From the NCBI GenBank assembly GCA_031431215.1, contig JANPCZ010000120.1:5871-69870 (forward strand): a DNA stretch of 64,000 bases, in the 5' to 3' direction. A program made the translations under genes and the position numbers. The first letter of the stretch is position 1. Each line of letters starts with the position of its first letter. The DNA comes from Myxococcales bacterium (GTDB lineage: Bacteria > Myxococcota_A > Polyangia > Fen-1088). This document shows positions 32,285 through 42,530 of the stretch, in pieces. Under the pieces are notes generated by a model. The model saw only the letters and a list, made by a program, of their open reading frames with translations, was not told the origin of the DNA and did not search any database.

Positions 32285-33433
32285 ATGAAGTTCATGACTG
32301 GCGTGCTGGCGACGATGCTGATCGCGGGGGTGGCCTTCGCGCAGCCACCAGCGGCGCCAAGGCGCACAGCGCCGCTGCTGTCACCGCAGATCGCCGCCGA
32401 TCGCATGGTCACCTTTCGCGTGCGGGCGCCCCAGGCGCAGGATGTGTCGGTGTCCGGGCAGTTCACCAAGGACAAGGCGGCAATGACCAAGGACACCGAA
32501 GGGGTGTGGTCGACCACCGTGGGTCCGGTCGATCCTGGTGTCTACGAATACGGCTTCACCATCGACGGCTTCAAGAGCGTCGATCCGAGCAACTCGATGA
32601 TCAAGCCACAGCGCTGGCCCGGCAGCAGCATTCTCGAAGTGCTGGGCACCCCGCCTCTCATCACCGAGTTCCAGGACGTGCCCCACGGCGGCGTCACCGT
32701 ATTGCATTACCGGTCGAAGGCGCTTGGCGGCAAGGTGCGGCGGCTGCATGTGTACACGCCACCGGACTACGACAAGAAGCCTGGCGTTCGCTATCCGGTG
32801 CTGTACCTGCTGCACGGTCACGGCGACAACGATCTCGCGTGGTCGGTGCATTGTCGCGCCAACTTCATCGTCGACAACTTGCTTGCGCAGGGCAAGGTGA
32901 AGGCCATGGTGATCGTCATGACCGACGGCCACCCGATTCCGCCCGAGGGGTTGCCGAGCGCGGGCGGCTACGGTGACAACACCGCCGCTTACGGCAAGGA
33001 TCTGTTCGAGGACGTGATGCCGATGATCGAAAGCCGCTACCGGGTCAAGACCGACGCCGCGAGCCGCGCGCTGGTAGGCCTGTCGATGGGCGGGCACCAG
33101 GCGCTCACGCTTGGGCTCAACCACGCCGACAGGTTCGCCTGGGTGGCCGGCTTCTCGTCGGCGGCGCCCAAGGACAGCGAGATCGCCACGCCACTTGGCG
33201 ACGTCAAAGCGTTGAACAAGAAACTGAAGTGGCTGTGGATTGGCTGTGGCAAGGATGATTTTCTGCTGAAGCGCAACGAGGAGTTGGTCGCGCTCTTGAA
33301 AAGCAAGGGCGTCAACCGAACCTGGCGGCTCACCGATGGCGGCCATAGCTGGCCGGTGTGGCGCCGCTACCTTGAAGAGACCACGCCGCAGCTGTTTGCC
33401 GGCAATGGCAAGCCGGCCGCCCACCTGAAATAG
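32285..33433 (+). CDS. Secreted esterase with N-terminal E-set/CBM48-like domain
   Basis: Signal peptide. Ig-like N-domain (TFRVRAPQAQDVSVSGQF...GVWSTTVGPVDPGVYEYGF). Esterase motifs LHGHGDND and GLSMGGHQA. ATG 32285 chosen inside the 695-aa ORF. Confidence 0.75.
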   Translation: MKFMTGVLATMLIAGVAFAQPPAAPRRTAPLLSPQIAADRMVTFRVRAPQAQDVSVSGQFTKDKAAMTKDTEGVWSTTVGPVDPGVYEYGFTIDGFKSVDPSNSMIKPQRWPGSSILEVLGTPPLITEFQDVPHGGVTVLHYRSKALGGKVRRLHVYTPPDYDKKPGVRYPVLYLLHGHGDNDLAWSVHCRANFIVDNLLAQGKVKAMVIVMTDGHPIPPEGLPSAGGYGDNTAAYGKDLFEDVMPMIESRYRVKTDAASRALVGLSMGGHQALTLGLNHADRFAWVAGFSSAAPKDSEIATPLGDVKALNKKLKWLWIGCGKDDFLLKRNEELVALLKSKGVNRTWRLTDGGHSWPVWRRYLEETTPQLFAGNGKPAAHLK

Positions 33434-33458
33434 CTGCCGCCTGTTCGCGGCCTCGGCG

Positions 33459-34190
33459 TCAGGCCCAGCCGGGCTGGCGTAGCGCTGCCTCGGCCCGGGA
33501 ACGGTCTTCGGGGGTGTCGATCTCCAGCCAACCGTGCCCGCTGATGTCGCGGCATCGAGGCGGCGTTCCGACCCACGCCAGGCGGGCGAGGATGCGTTCG
33601 ACGTGGATGGCGCGGCCGTCCTCGGCGCTGGCCGCTTCGGCCTGGGAAAAGTAGCCGGGCAGGGCGTTGCGCGGCACGCGGGTCACGCCGACGTAGCCAC
33701 AATCGAAGGTGGTCAGGTTCTTGGCGATGCGGCCGACGTGCCCTGCGCCGTCGCGTTCGATCTTCATATCGTCGTCACCCAGGATGCGATCGGTGTCGAT
33801 GAAGGCGGTGACATGGTCGACCGGGGCCGCGACCAGGGCGGCTATCGCGGGACGGAAGATGTGGTCGACGTTGAGCAGCACAAACTCGTCGTCGATGAGC
33901 GGGCGTGCGGTCAGCAGGGACAGCAGGTTGCCGTCGCGGAAATCCCGGTTCTCGACCAGCGCCATGGGCGGCAGGTTCGCGGTCTTCCGCTGGTGCTCGA
34001 TCTCGGCCGCCAGCCGGTCGAAGCCGAAGCCGCCGACCACGATGATCCGGGTCGGCGAAAGCCTCGCGGCGAAGCGCAACGCGTGTGCGACAAGCGGCTG
34101 GTTCGCGACCGAGATCAGGGCCTTGGGCAATACCGGGGTCGGGCCACCGAGCCGGCTGCCCAGGCCCGCAGCCATCAGTACCGCGTCCAC
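33459..34190 (-). CDS. LicC/MurU-like sugar-phosphate nucleotidyltransferase
   Basis: MAAGLGSRLGG nucleotide-binding loop and LPKALISVANQPLVAH. The GTG at 34190 has an AGGAG 8 nt upstream; ATG 34175 is the alternative start. Confidence 0.7.
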   Translation of the reverse strand: MDAVLMAAGLGSRLGGPTPVLPKALISVANQPLVAHALRFAARLSPTRIIVVGGFGFDRLAAEIEHQRKTANLPPMALVENRDFRDGNLLSLLTARPLIDDEFVLLNVDHIFRPAIAALVAAPVDHVTAFIDTDRILGDDDMKIERDGAGHVGRIAKNLTTFDCGYVGVTRVPRNALPGYFSQAEAASAEDGRAIHVERILARLAWVGTPPRCRDISGHGWLEIDTPEDRSRAEAALRQPGWA

Positions 34191-34201
34191 GGCCGCGGCT
34201 C

Positions 34202-34969
34202 CTACTCGAACAGCAGGTTGATCTCGGCCAGCCGCTGCAGCACGGGCCGGCCGGGAAAGCGCAGGGCGAAGCGCTCTTTCGAGAAGGTGCCGGCCACGCC
34301 GACGAAGCCCAGGCCCTCGCGCTCCGCGATCTCGCCATCGTGAAGCGAGTCGCCCACGAACACCATTGCCGAGGCAGGCGCGCCGAAAGCGGACGTTGCC
34401 CGCTCGACATGCGGCTGGCCCTTGGCCAGCCCGTCGCAGAAGCCCAGCGCCAGATCGAATGGGAAGTCGGACGCGGACGCGAACGCCTTGACGTTCTCGA
34501 CCCCGTTGTTGGATGACACGACGATGGCCACGCCCCGGGTTTGTAGCAAGGCCAGCGCGCGGTAGGTGTCGGCCGGCATACGCGCTCTGCGGCAGCGGGC
34601 CAGCTTGCGCCGCTCGAACAGATCCGAGGCTGTCGGGTTGCGTGGGTCGCCGGGGCAGATGGCGTCGAGTTGCTGAATGAACGGCAGGCCGCAGGTCGAT
34701 AGGTACTGCTCGCGACCCAGGCTGCGCGGCAAGTTGTACACCTCCGCTAGCACGTCGGTCGCCAGGTCCGAGAGAATCGGCATCGTGTCGATGAGTGTGC
34801 CATCGAGATCGCACAGCAGGACCTCCGGCAGCCGCAGGGTGGTGCGGGCACGGGGCGCCGGGGACAGGGCCGGAAGCACTGCGCGCAGATTGCGGGCGAC
34901 AGACAAACGATCCATTTGGGGTTGCCCGGCCGCTAGCAAACTCGACGCCAGAATGATTCGGAGTGCCAA
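34202..34969 (-). CDS. HAD-superfamily phosphatase
   Basis: Motif I LLCDLDGTLIDT plus HAD motifs II-IV. TTG start at 34969; the true start may be the internal MDRLSV. Confidence 0.75.
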   Translation of the reverse strand: MALRIILASSLLAAGQPQMDRLSVARNLRAVLPALSPAPRARTTLRLPEVLLCDLDGTLIDTMPILSDLATDVLAEVYNLPRSLGREQYLSTCGLPFIQQLDAICPGDPRNPTASDLFERRKLARCRRARMPADTYRALALLQTRGVAIVVSSNNGVENVKAFASASDFPFDLALGFCDGLAKGQPHVERATSAFGAPASAMVFVGDSLHDGEIAEREGLGFVGVAGTFSKERFALRFPGRPVLQRLAEINLLFE

Positions 34970-35104
34970 GGTGTGAAAATAACTAGGGGCATCCGGGGTT
35001 GGCCGCCGAGAAGTGTCCAGAATTCAACACGTCGGTGTCGATTCTTGAACGCTGGTCCTGGCCGGCTGCGCCGCGCATCTGTGCTAACTTCCGCGCCCGT
35101 TCAC

Positions 35105-37573
35105 ATGAGTAATGCCGATCCGCCGCGGTCGCTGGCGGCCCGCTACCGACGCTTTCTCTCGCGTCACGCGGTATGGGTGTTGGCAGCGTCGGTGCTGGCG
35201 TTCCTCGGCGCCGCTGCGCTGGCCCGCCGCCTGGAGTTGCGAACCTCGGTGGTCGAACTCCTGCCGAGCCATGACCCCGGCGTGCTGGCGCTGGAGAAGA
35301 CCCAGGAGCGTATGGGCGGCGACATCTCGCTCTTGCTCATTGGGGTGCAGTCGCCCGATCGGGATGCGAATCTGCGCTACGCGGATGCCCTGACCAGGAA
35401 GCTGCAAGCCCTGCCCAAAGGCGTGGTCGAGCTGGCGGCGTACAACGTCCGCGACGTCAAGGCGTTCTTCGAGAAACACAAATGGCTGTACCTGCCGGAG
35501 GCCGACCTGGAGGCCATCCGCGATCGGCTGCGCCGGGAGATCGGCAAACGCAAGAACCCGCTGCTCGTCGATCTGTCCGACGACGACGAATCCTTGGACG
35601 CGATGAGGGCGCGCATCACCGCCAAGGATCGGATGGGCGAGCGCTTCCCCGGTGGTGTGTTCACCAGCAAGGACGGTGACTACGTGTGGGTCGCGGCGCT
35701 GGCTCCCGGCGGGATCCTGGTCGAGCGCGCGGGTGACGGGTTGCTGATCGCCGCGAAGAAAATCGTCGCCGAGGATGACCCGCGCCGGACGCATCCCGAG
35801 ATGAGCGTGTACTTCGGCGGACCGGTGGCGACCGCCAATGCGAACCGCGAGGCGGTCGAGCGCGACATCATGTGGGTGACGCTGACCTGCCTCGTGCTGG
35901 TGGCGTTCAGCATCGCGCTGTATTTCCGTCGCCTGCGCTCGGTGCCGCTTATCGGGCTGCCGGCGGTGCTTGGCACCGTGATGGCGTTCGCGGTGGCCGA
36001 TCTGGCGTTCGGTTACCTGAACTCGTCGACCGCCTTCCTGGGCTCCATCATCCTCGGCAACGGAATCAATTACGCCATCATCTTGATGTCGCGCTATCAG
36101 GAGCACCGCGCCGCGGGCGACGGGCTCGACGAGTCGCTTGAGAAGGCGCTGGCAGGCGTGATGCGCGGGACGGCGGTGGCGGCGGTGTGCGCGTCGTGCG
36201 CGTACGCATCGCTGATGCTGACCAGCTTTCGTGGCTTCTTTCAGTTCGGGGTCATGGGCGCGGTGGGCGTGCTGTTTTGTTGGCTGGCGACCTTCACGGT
36301 GCTGCCCGCGCTGCTGGTGGTGATGGACCGGCGCACGCGTTCGCACCACGCACGTCGGGCGCCGTTGCAGCTGGGCTTTCTTGGTGGACTGCTGGGTGGG
36401 CGCCGATCCTTGATCGCGCTGCTGGTCGGCTCGACGGGGCTGACCGTCGCCGCTTTCACGGGGCTGGCTTATTTCCTGGAGGCGCCGTTCGAATACGATT
36501 TCCGCAAGCTGCGCGCGCAGCTGAACACCACGCCCGAGGGCCACGCCTTCGACGACCAGACCGACGGCCTATTCGGCCGCTGGCCCAGCCCCACCGTGAT
36601 CCTGGCGGACGACGTGAAGGAGACCGAGACGTTGCGGCAGGCCATCCGCAAGCAGGACCAGGCGCAGCCCGGCAACGACGTCATCGGTCAGATTGTGACC
36701 GCGTACGATCTGCTGCCGGGACTTCCCGAGGTGCAGCAGCGCAAGCTTGGGCTGCTGGCCCAGATAAGGAAGCTGGTCGCGGATCCCGCGCTTGAGGCCC
36801 TGGATGAAAAGGAACGCAAGCAGATAGCTGCGGTGGATCCGCCGGCTGAGCCGCGTGCCTTGCGGCCGATGGATCTGCCGGCCCTGGCGCGCCGGCCTTT
36901 CACCGAACTCGACGGCACCGTGGGCCGCGTGCTGCTGGTGTATCCGGTCGAGAAGGGGCTTTCGGTCTGGGACGGGCGGGCGCTTCTGCGCATTGCCAGC
37001 GTGCTGCGCGAGATCAAGCTCGACAACCCGCCCAAGACCGTGGAGACCTCGGGCAACGCTGTGATCTTCGGTGCCATGCTGCGCTCGATCTTGCGCGACG
37101 GTCCGCGCGCGACAGCGGCGTCGCTGACAGTGGTCGTGTTGCTCTGTCTGTTCATCATGCGGCCGCTGTCGGCGGCGCTGCGTACGATCCTGGCGCTGGT
37201 GATGGGGGTGCTGTGGATGGTGGGCGCGGCGGGGCTGGGCGAGGTCAAGATCACGTTTCTCAACTTCATCGCCTTGCCTATCACCTTCGGCATCGGCGCC
37301 GAGTACGCGCTTAACGTGGTGGCGCGCCAGCAACAGGGTGGCGGCGTGATCGCTGCCGTGATGTCGACCGGCAGCGCGGTCGCGCTGTGTTCGTGGACCA
37401 CCATCGTCGGGTACGGCTCGCTGCTGGCGGCGCGCAACCGTGCGCTACAAGGGTTCGGGGCGATGGCGATCCTGGGCGAGGTGGCGTGCCTGGCCGCGGC
37501 GCTGGTGGCGCTGCCCGCGATCGAGCTGTGGCGTCAGCAGTGGCTGGCGCGGCGACGGGCGTCGCGGGCGTAG
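35105..37573 (+). CDS. MMPL/RND-superfamily transporter
   Basis: Two sets of about 6 TM helices, each preceded by a large soluble loop. ATG 35105 chosen inside the 866-aa ORF. Confidence 0.8.
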   Translation: MSNADPPRSLAARYRRFLSRHAVWVLAASVLAFLGAAALARRLELRTSVVELLPSHDPGVLALEKTQERMGGDISLLLIGVQSPDRDANLRYADALTRKLQALPKGVVELAAYNVRDVKAFFEKHKWLYLPEADLEAIRDRLRREIGKRKNPLLVDLSDDDESLDAMRARITAKDRMGERFPGGVFTSKDGDYVWVAALAPGGILVERAGDGLLIAAKKIVAEDDPRRTHPEMSVYFGGPVATANANREAVERDIMWVTLTCLVLVAFSIALYFRRLRSVPLIGLPAVLGTVMAFAVADLAFGYLNSSTAFLGSIILGNGINYAIILMSRYQEHRAAGDGLDESLEKALAGVMRGTAVAAVCASCAYASLMLTSFRGFFQFGVMGAVGVLFCWLATFTVLPALLVVMDRRTRSHHARRAPLQLGFLGGLLGGRRSLIALLVGSTGLTVAAFTGLAYFLEAPFEYDFRKLRAQLNTTPEGHAFDDQTDGLFGRWPSPTVILADDVKETETLRQAIRKQDQAQPGNDVIGQIVTAYDLLPGLPEVQQRKLGLLAQIRKLVADPALEALDEKERKQIAAVDPPAEPRALRPMDLPALARRPFTELDGTVGRVLLVYPVEKGLSVWDGRALLRIASVLREIKLDNPPKTVETSGNAVIFGAMLRSILRDGPRATAASLTVVVLLCLFIMRPLSAALRTILALVMGVLWMVGAAGLGEVKITFLNFIALPITFGIGAEYALNVVARQQQGGGVIAAVMSTGSAVALCSWTTIVGYGSLLAARNRALQGFGAMAILGEVACLAAALVALPAIELWRQQWLARRRASRA

Positions 37574-37625
37574 ACGGCGGGGCCCGAAGGCCCGCGCCGC
37601 CTGCACCAGGGTCACGCCCGAGACA

Positions 37626-40115
37626 TCAGTTCGCCCGGGCGATCGCTGCTGTGGTCACCGACAAGGCTGCCTCGGCCGATGCCGTGATCTTGGCGGTCGC
37701 GCTCGCCGAGTAGGTGACCACCGCGGCGACGCAGCCGGCTCCCATCAGGCCCGAGTTCTTGATGGTGTCGGGCAAGCCCTTGACCATGTCGACGTAGGCG
37801 TTGACCGAACCCTCGACGGTGCCCTTGATACGCTTGGTGACCTTGAACAGAACCGGGAGGCCGGTCTTGAGGGCATCCACCAGCTTCACCACCTTGGCCT
37901 TCTCGGCGTCCAGGTTGGTATCGACCGCGATGGTCACGTTGCCCGGGAAGCACATCGCGTCGCACTTGGCCTTGGCGTCGCAGCTCTGCTGGCACTCGGT
38001 GACGTCCTTCATCACCTCGACCTCCTCGCAGTAGGGCGCCATGTACGTGATGCTGCAGCCGCCCGTGCACGAACCACTGCACATGCCCATGCACGTGCCT
38101 TCCACGTTGCCCATGCACATGCCGTCGCACCTGGCGTCGCAGCTGCCCTCGATCGTGCCCATGCACTGACCGTTGCAGGTGCCGGCGCACGCGGCGTTCG
38201 TGACCTGGGTGTCCATTGCGCCCACGGTGCAAGTCCCTGTGCACATTCCCGTGCACTTGGCGCTGACCTTGCCGGTGCACGTGCCCATGCACGAGCCCGA
38301 ACACGCCGCCGAGACGCTTGCCATACAACTACCCTTGCACTGACCCATGCACGTGGCGCCGCAGCTGCCCGACAGCTTGCCGGGCCTGCACTTGAGATCA
38401 GTCTGCGTGATGGTCTTCATCTCGCACGTCTGCGTGCACGTGAACGACGCCATCGCATTGATCGTGCAGTAGGGTGGCGTGGCCACTACGCGCACCTTCA
38501 CCGTCGGCATGAGCGTGCCAATGATCCTGTCGATCTCGGCCTTGACCGCGGCGCAGGCGCCCTTGACGTCGGACGGGGTCATGATGCCGAGCTTGTCGCC
38601 CATGGCCTTGCACGCGCCCAGGGTGTCGGCCTCGATCCCGCTCGCGGCCTTGACCAGAGACAGCGAGGCGTCCATGACCGCGTTCAGCTTCAGGCCCCCG
38701 GCACCTGTGAAAGTTGGACCCTTGCCGCCCGTATCGGGCGCGTAGCCGTCGCAGGCGATCTTGGCGACGACCGCCTTGCCCTTGGCCTTGAGGGAGGTCA
38801 GCAGATCAGCACCGCCGGCGCCGGCGCCGCCGGCCTTCTGGGCGTCCTGGCCGTTCTGGCCCAGCGCCGTGCCCACGCACGCGGTCGCCTTCAAGCTACC
38901 GGCGATCTCGCCCTTGATCTTGCCCAGCGCGCTTGCGTAGGCGTCGAAGGTGGCTCTGGTCGTGTTGCCGGCCTTGGCCATCGCCTTCAGGAACTTGGGC
39001 AGGTTGGTCTTCAACGTTGTGACCAGCGCTTCGAGCTTCATCTTGCGCGCCGGATCGGGCTGCAAGTTGGTGCGGAACTCGACCACCACCATGGGCGCCT
39101 CGCACTTGGCCTCGGCGCGCGCGGACGCGTCGCAGGTCTGGGTGCACTCGGTGACCTGTTTCTTGACCTCGATCTCCTCGCACTTGGGCGCTGTGTACAT
39201 CACGCTGCAGCCGCCCGAGCACGAGCCCGTGCACATCGCCATGCAGCTTCCGGTGCAGCTGCCGCTGCACGAACCCATGCACTTGCCATCGCAGCGACCT
39301 TTCACGGCCACGTCACATTTGCCGACGCAGGTGCCGGTGCACTTGCCGGCGCACTGGCCGTTGGCGCCCATGACGTCGCAGGTACCGTCGCACTGGCCTT
39401 CGCACTTGCCGGTGCACTCGGCGGTGACGCTGCCTTCGCACTTGCCGGTGCATTCGGCGGTGCACGACCCGGTGCAGCCGCCCTCGCACTTGCCAGAGCA
39501 TTCACCCATGCACATCGCGCCGCACGTGCCCGACAGCTTGCCTGGCTTGCACTGAATGTCGGTCTCGGTGACCTCCTTCATCTCGCAGGTCTTGGTGCAC
39601 TCGATCTGCGCCGCCGCGCTGACTTCACACTTGGCCGGCGTGTACTGCACGGTCAGGGACGCCTCGGTGGGCACGTTGTCCTCGATGGTCTGCTTGATCT
39701 TGGCCGCGGCCTTCTGGCACACGGTCTTGACCTCGAGGCCCGGATCCTTGTCCTTGTCGGCCTGGGCGACCATCAACTCGGCGTCGGTGGCGCCGAGATC
39801 CTTGGCGATGGCGCGGCAGGCACCCAGCGCGTCGCTTTCAATCTCTTTGACCGCGGCGGTGATCTTGCCCGCGGTGCCCAGGAACACCTTGACCTTGGCC
39901 GACGCCTGGCCGCTCAGGTTCAACTCGCCCACGACGCCGGTCTCGCGGTTGTAGCCGTCACCACATTGCATCTCGAGCGCCTTGTTGATGCCGCCGGCGC
40001 CATCGCCACCGCAGCCAGCCAGCAGCGCGGCCAGGCTGCCGGGCACAAGGATCAACGCCGCCGTTGCCCACAGGGAACTTCCACCACGGGCCGATTTCCA
40101 GATCTTGTTCCCCAT
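37626..40115 (-). CDS. Cysteine-rich, internally duplicated lipoprotein (about 829 aa)
   Basis: ATG 40115 with an AAGGAG Shine-Dalgarno motif. Lipobox LLAGC. Two homologous halves of about 400 aa, each with a run of CxGxC units (CSGKCEGGCTGSCTAECTGKCEG...). The antisense 910-aa ORF is low-complexity and rejected. Confidence 0.7.
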   Translation of the reverse strand: MGNKIWKSARGGSSLWATAALILVPGSLAALLAGCGGDGAGGINKALEMQCGDGYNRETGVVGELNLSGQASAKVKVFLGTAGKITAAVKEIESDALGACRAIAKDLGATDAELMVAQADKDKDPGLEVKTVCQKAAAKIKQTIEDNVPTEASLTVQYTPAKCEVSAAAQIECTKTCEMKEVTETDIQCKPGKLSGTCGAMCMGECSGKCEGGCTGSCTAECTGKCEGSVTAECTGKCEGQCDGTCDVMGANGQCAGKCTGTCVGKCDVAVKGRCDGKCMGSCSGSCTGSCMAMCTGSCSGGCSVMYTAPKCEEIEVKKQVTECTQTCDASARAEAKCEAPMVVVEFRTNLQPDPARKMKLEALVTTLKTNLPKFLKAMAKAGNTTRATFDAYASALGKIKGEIAGSLKATACVGTALGQNGQDAQKAGGAGAGGADLLTSLKAKGKAVVAKIACDGYAPDTGGKGPTFTGAGGLKLNAVMDASLSLVKAASGIEADTLGACKAMGDKLGIMTPSDVKGACAAVKAEIDRIIGTLMPTVKVRVVATPPYCTINAMASFTCTQTCEMKTITQTDLKCRPGKLSGSCGATCMGQCKGSCMASVSAACSGSCMGTCTGKVSAKCTGMCTGTCTVGAMDTQVTNAACAGTCNGQCMGTIEGSCDARCDGMCMGNVEGTCMGMCSGSCTGGCSITYMAPYCEEVEVMKDVTECQQSCDAKAKCDAMCFPGNVTIAVDTNLDAEKAKVVKLVDALKTGLPVLFKVTKRIKGTVEGSVNAYVDMVKGLPDTIKNSGLMGAGCVAAVVTYSASATAKITASAEAALSVTTAAIARAN

Positions 40116-40192
40116 CGCGGTCTCCTTTATCGAGGTCATTGCAGGGTCATTCAGTGCTTGAAGGGTCGATAGTGTAACCCAGGGTCTCTGAT

Positions 40193-41380
40193 TCAAAGGA
40201 CGAATTTGCCCAGCACGCGGTACCCGGCGGCGCCGGTGACCGCTGGTACGTTGCCGGGCCGACCGAACAGCGTCTCGTTCGCCAGCACCGCGAAGGCCAG
40301 CGCCTCCTTGGCATCGGGATCCACGTCGAGTGCTCCGGTGTCGGACACGGGCGCGGGCGTGCACAGCTCGCGGAGGTGGGCCATGAGCGTCGGGTTGTGC
40401 GCCCCGCCGCCCGAGACATAGATCTCGTCCGGGAACACGGGCAACAGTTCGCGGTAGCTGCGGGCCATGGCCTCGGCGGCAAATCGCGTGAGGGTGGCCA
40501 GGAGATCGTCGAGTGGCGATTGCCCCGCGACCGACGGTGCGCGCGCGGTGAAGCGATCGAGCAACGGGTAAGTGAAAGTCTTGCCGAACAGTTCGCGCCC
40601 GGTGCTTTTGGGCGGCCGCTGCGCCAGGAACGGTAGCTGGTGCAATTCAGCCAGCAGCGACGCATCGATGCTGCCGCGGGCGGCGCGGGCCCCGTCGATG
40701 TCGTAAGCGGCAAGGCCGCGTGAGGCGGCGCGCGCCACGGCGTCCAGGATCATGTTGCCGGGTCCGTTGTCGAAGGCGCACAGCTCGGCCATGGTCTCGC
40801 CGACCAGTGTGACGTTGGCGATGCCGCCGACATTCTGCAGCGCGCGTTTCTTGCCTGGTGCCCGGAACAACAGGTGATCCACCAGCGGCACCAGCGGTGC
40901 GCCCTCGCCCCCGGCGGCCACGTCGCGCGCGCGGAAGTCGGCTATCACCGGCTTGCCGGTGCGCTCGGCGATGACGGCCGGCTGGCCTATTTGCAGTGTC
41001 GCACCCAGCATGCCCTGCGACCGCGGCCGGTGCGCGACGGTCTGGCCATGCGAGCCGACCATGTGGACGTCCCGCATGTCACAGCCGGCCGCAGCGCACA
41101 CCGCGAAGGCCGCGTCCGCGAACGACTGCCCGAGCAGCACATCGACCTCGGCCAGCTCGGACGCCTCGGCGTCGGACAGCCCGAAGATACGTTCACGCAG
41201 GGCGCGCGAAAACGGTGTGCTGACGAACGCTAGAATCCGCGCACGCGTCGTCTCGCCGGCGCCCGTGATCTCGCACAGGGCCGCATCAGTCCCGTCGGCG
41301 CTGGTGCCTGACAGCAGGCCGATGATCAGCCGCGCAGGAAGATCGCGCAGGGCCAGCAGCGAAGCGAGCGGATCGGTCAT
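40193..41380 (-). CDS. anmK: Anhydro-N-acetylmuramic acid kinase
   Basis: Trimmed to ATG 41380. LIIGLLSGTSADGTDAAL matches the AnmK N-terminus, within an ASKHA fold. Confidence 0.85.
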   Translation of the reverse strand: MTDPLASLLALRDLPARLIIGLLSGTSADGTDAALCEITGAGETTRARILAFVSTPFSRALRERIFGLSDAEASELAEVDVLLGQSFADAAFAVCAAAGCDMRDVHMVGSHGQTVAHRPRSQGMLGATLQIGQPAVIAERTGKPVIADFRARDVAAGGEGAPLVPLVDHLLFRAPGKKRALQNVGGIANVTLVGETMAELCAFDNGPGNMILDAVARAASRGLAAYDIDGARAARGSIDASLLAELHQLPFLAQRPPKSTGRELFGKTFTYPLLDRFTARAPSVAGQSPLDDLLATLTRFAAEAMARSYRELLPVFPDEIYVSGGGAHNPTLMAHLRELCTPAPVSDTGALDVDPDAKEALAFAVLANETLFGRPGNVPAVTGAAGYRVLGKFVL

Positions 41381-41394
41381 CTCTTCAAACTTGT

Positions 41395-42348
41395 CTAAAC
41401 CCGGTGCACGTCGAGGTCGCCGACGATGGCGCGCAGGGAGCCCTTGTTCTGGATGAGCATCTCCTTGGCCCGCGCGGCATTCACGCGTGCGTGGTGCATG
41501 ACCAGCGCGACCTTGGCGCGCCCGCCACCTTTCTTGATGAGGCGAAGCGCGTCGGCCTCGGGAAGTCCGGTCAGCCGGCGCACGATGCGCACAGCGCGCG
41601 CCCACAGCTTGGCGTTGGTCGGCCGCACGTCGACCATGAGCCCGCCATAGGTCTTGCCGAGCAGCACGAACGCTGCGGTCGAGATCGCGTTCAACGTCAG
41701 CTTGGTCGCGGTGCCAGCCTTGAGGCGGGTCGAGCCGGCGATCACCTCGGGGCCGGTGTGAAGTTCGATGACGACGTCAGACAGTTCCTCGATCTCGGTA
41801 GCTGGGCGCCCGCAGGTGACGAAGATGGTGCTGGCGCGGCGAAAGCGCGCGTAGTCCAGCGCCGCGCGCACGAACACGGTCACGCCCGAGGCCGCTATCG
41901 CGATGACCACGTCCGATGGGCCCACCGCCACTCGGCGCATGCGTTGCTCGGCTTCGCGCGCGTTGTCCTCGGCGCCTTCGATCGACTTGGTCAGGGCGGC
42001 TGGCCCGCCAGCCAGGATGGCTGCCACCAACGACGGGGGCACCCCGAACGTGGGCACGCACTCGGCCGCGTCCAGCGCGCCTAGACGCCCCGACGTCCCG
42101 GCACCCACGTAGACCAGCCGGCCACCCGCTGCCAGCTTGTCGGCGACAATTCGCGCTGCCGCGGCGATTTCGCGCGATCGCGCCCGCACCGCCCGCACGG
42201 CGATGCCTTCTTCGTCGATCAGCAGCTTGACGACCTCCTCGGCCGGCAGCGTGTCGAGCAGCTCGGAGCGCGGGTTCTCGGCCTCAGTGGGCAGGGCGCC
42301 GTAGTCGACTTTGCTGTCGGTTTTCGCCCGGGGCATGAGGGCGAGCAT
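41395..42348 (-). CDS. murQ: N-acetylmuramic acid 6-phosphate etherase
   Basis: SIS domain with VYVGAGTSGRLG. 14 nt downstream of anmK. Confidence 0.85.
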   Translation of the reverse strand: MLALMPRAKTDSKVDYGALPTEAENPRSELLDTLPAEEVVKLLIDEEGIAVRAVRARSREIAAAARIVADKLAAGGRLVYVGAGTSGRLGALDAAECVPTFGVPPSLVAAILAGGPAALTKSIEGAEDNAREAEQRMRRVAVGPSDVVIAIAASGVTVFVRAALDYARFRRASTIFVTCGRPATEIEELSDVVIELHTGPEVIAGSTRLKAGTATKLTLNAISTAAFVLLGKTYGGLMVDVRPTNAKLWARAVRIVRRLTGLPEADALRLIKKGGGRAKVALVMHHARVNAARAKEMLIQNKGSLRAIVGDLDVHRV

Positions 42349-42530
42349 CTTCCACCGTTCCTGTGGTTTTCACCACAAACCGGCTTCGGCCGTCGCCCGC
42401 GTGCCGGCCACCTTTCGTTTGCGGATCGCGTCGCGTCGTCAAGAAACCGCCCTTTCTTACGGCAAAATTGTTTGGAACTTTGACGAATTCAACCTAGTTT
42501 CTTCGTCGAAACTTACCCTTAGGAGAAACC

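Noticed and set aside
37574-37625. GC hairpin GGCGGGGCCCGAAGGCCCGCGCCGCC between the convergent MMPL and Cys-rich genes as a terminator
   Set aside because: Imperfect stem and no U-tract. Plausible in a high-GC genome but not supportable from sequence alone.
37440-40172. 910-aa plus-strand ORF antisense to the Cys-rich lipoprotein gene
   Set aside because: Product is Ala/Gly/Arg/His low complexity. The minus-strand frame has a Shine-Dalgarno motif, a lipobox and a precisely periodic Cys ladder.
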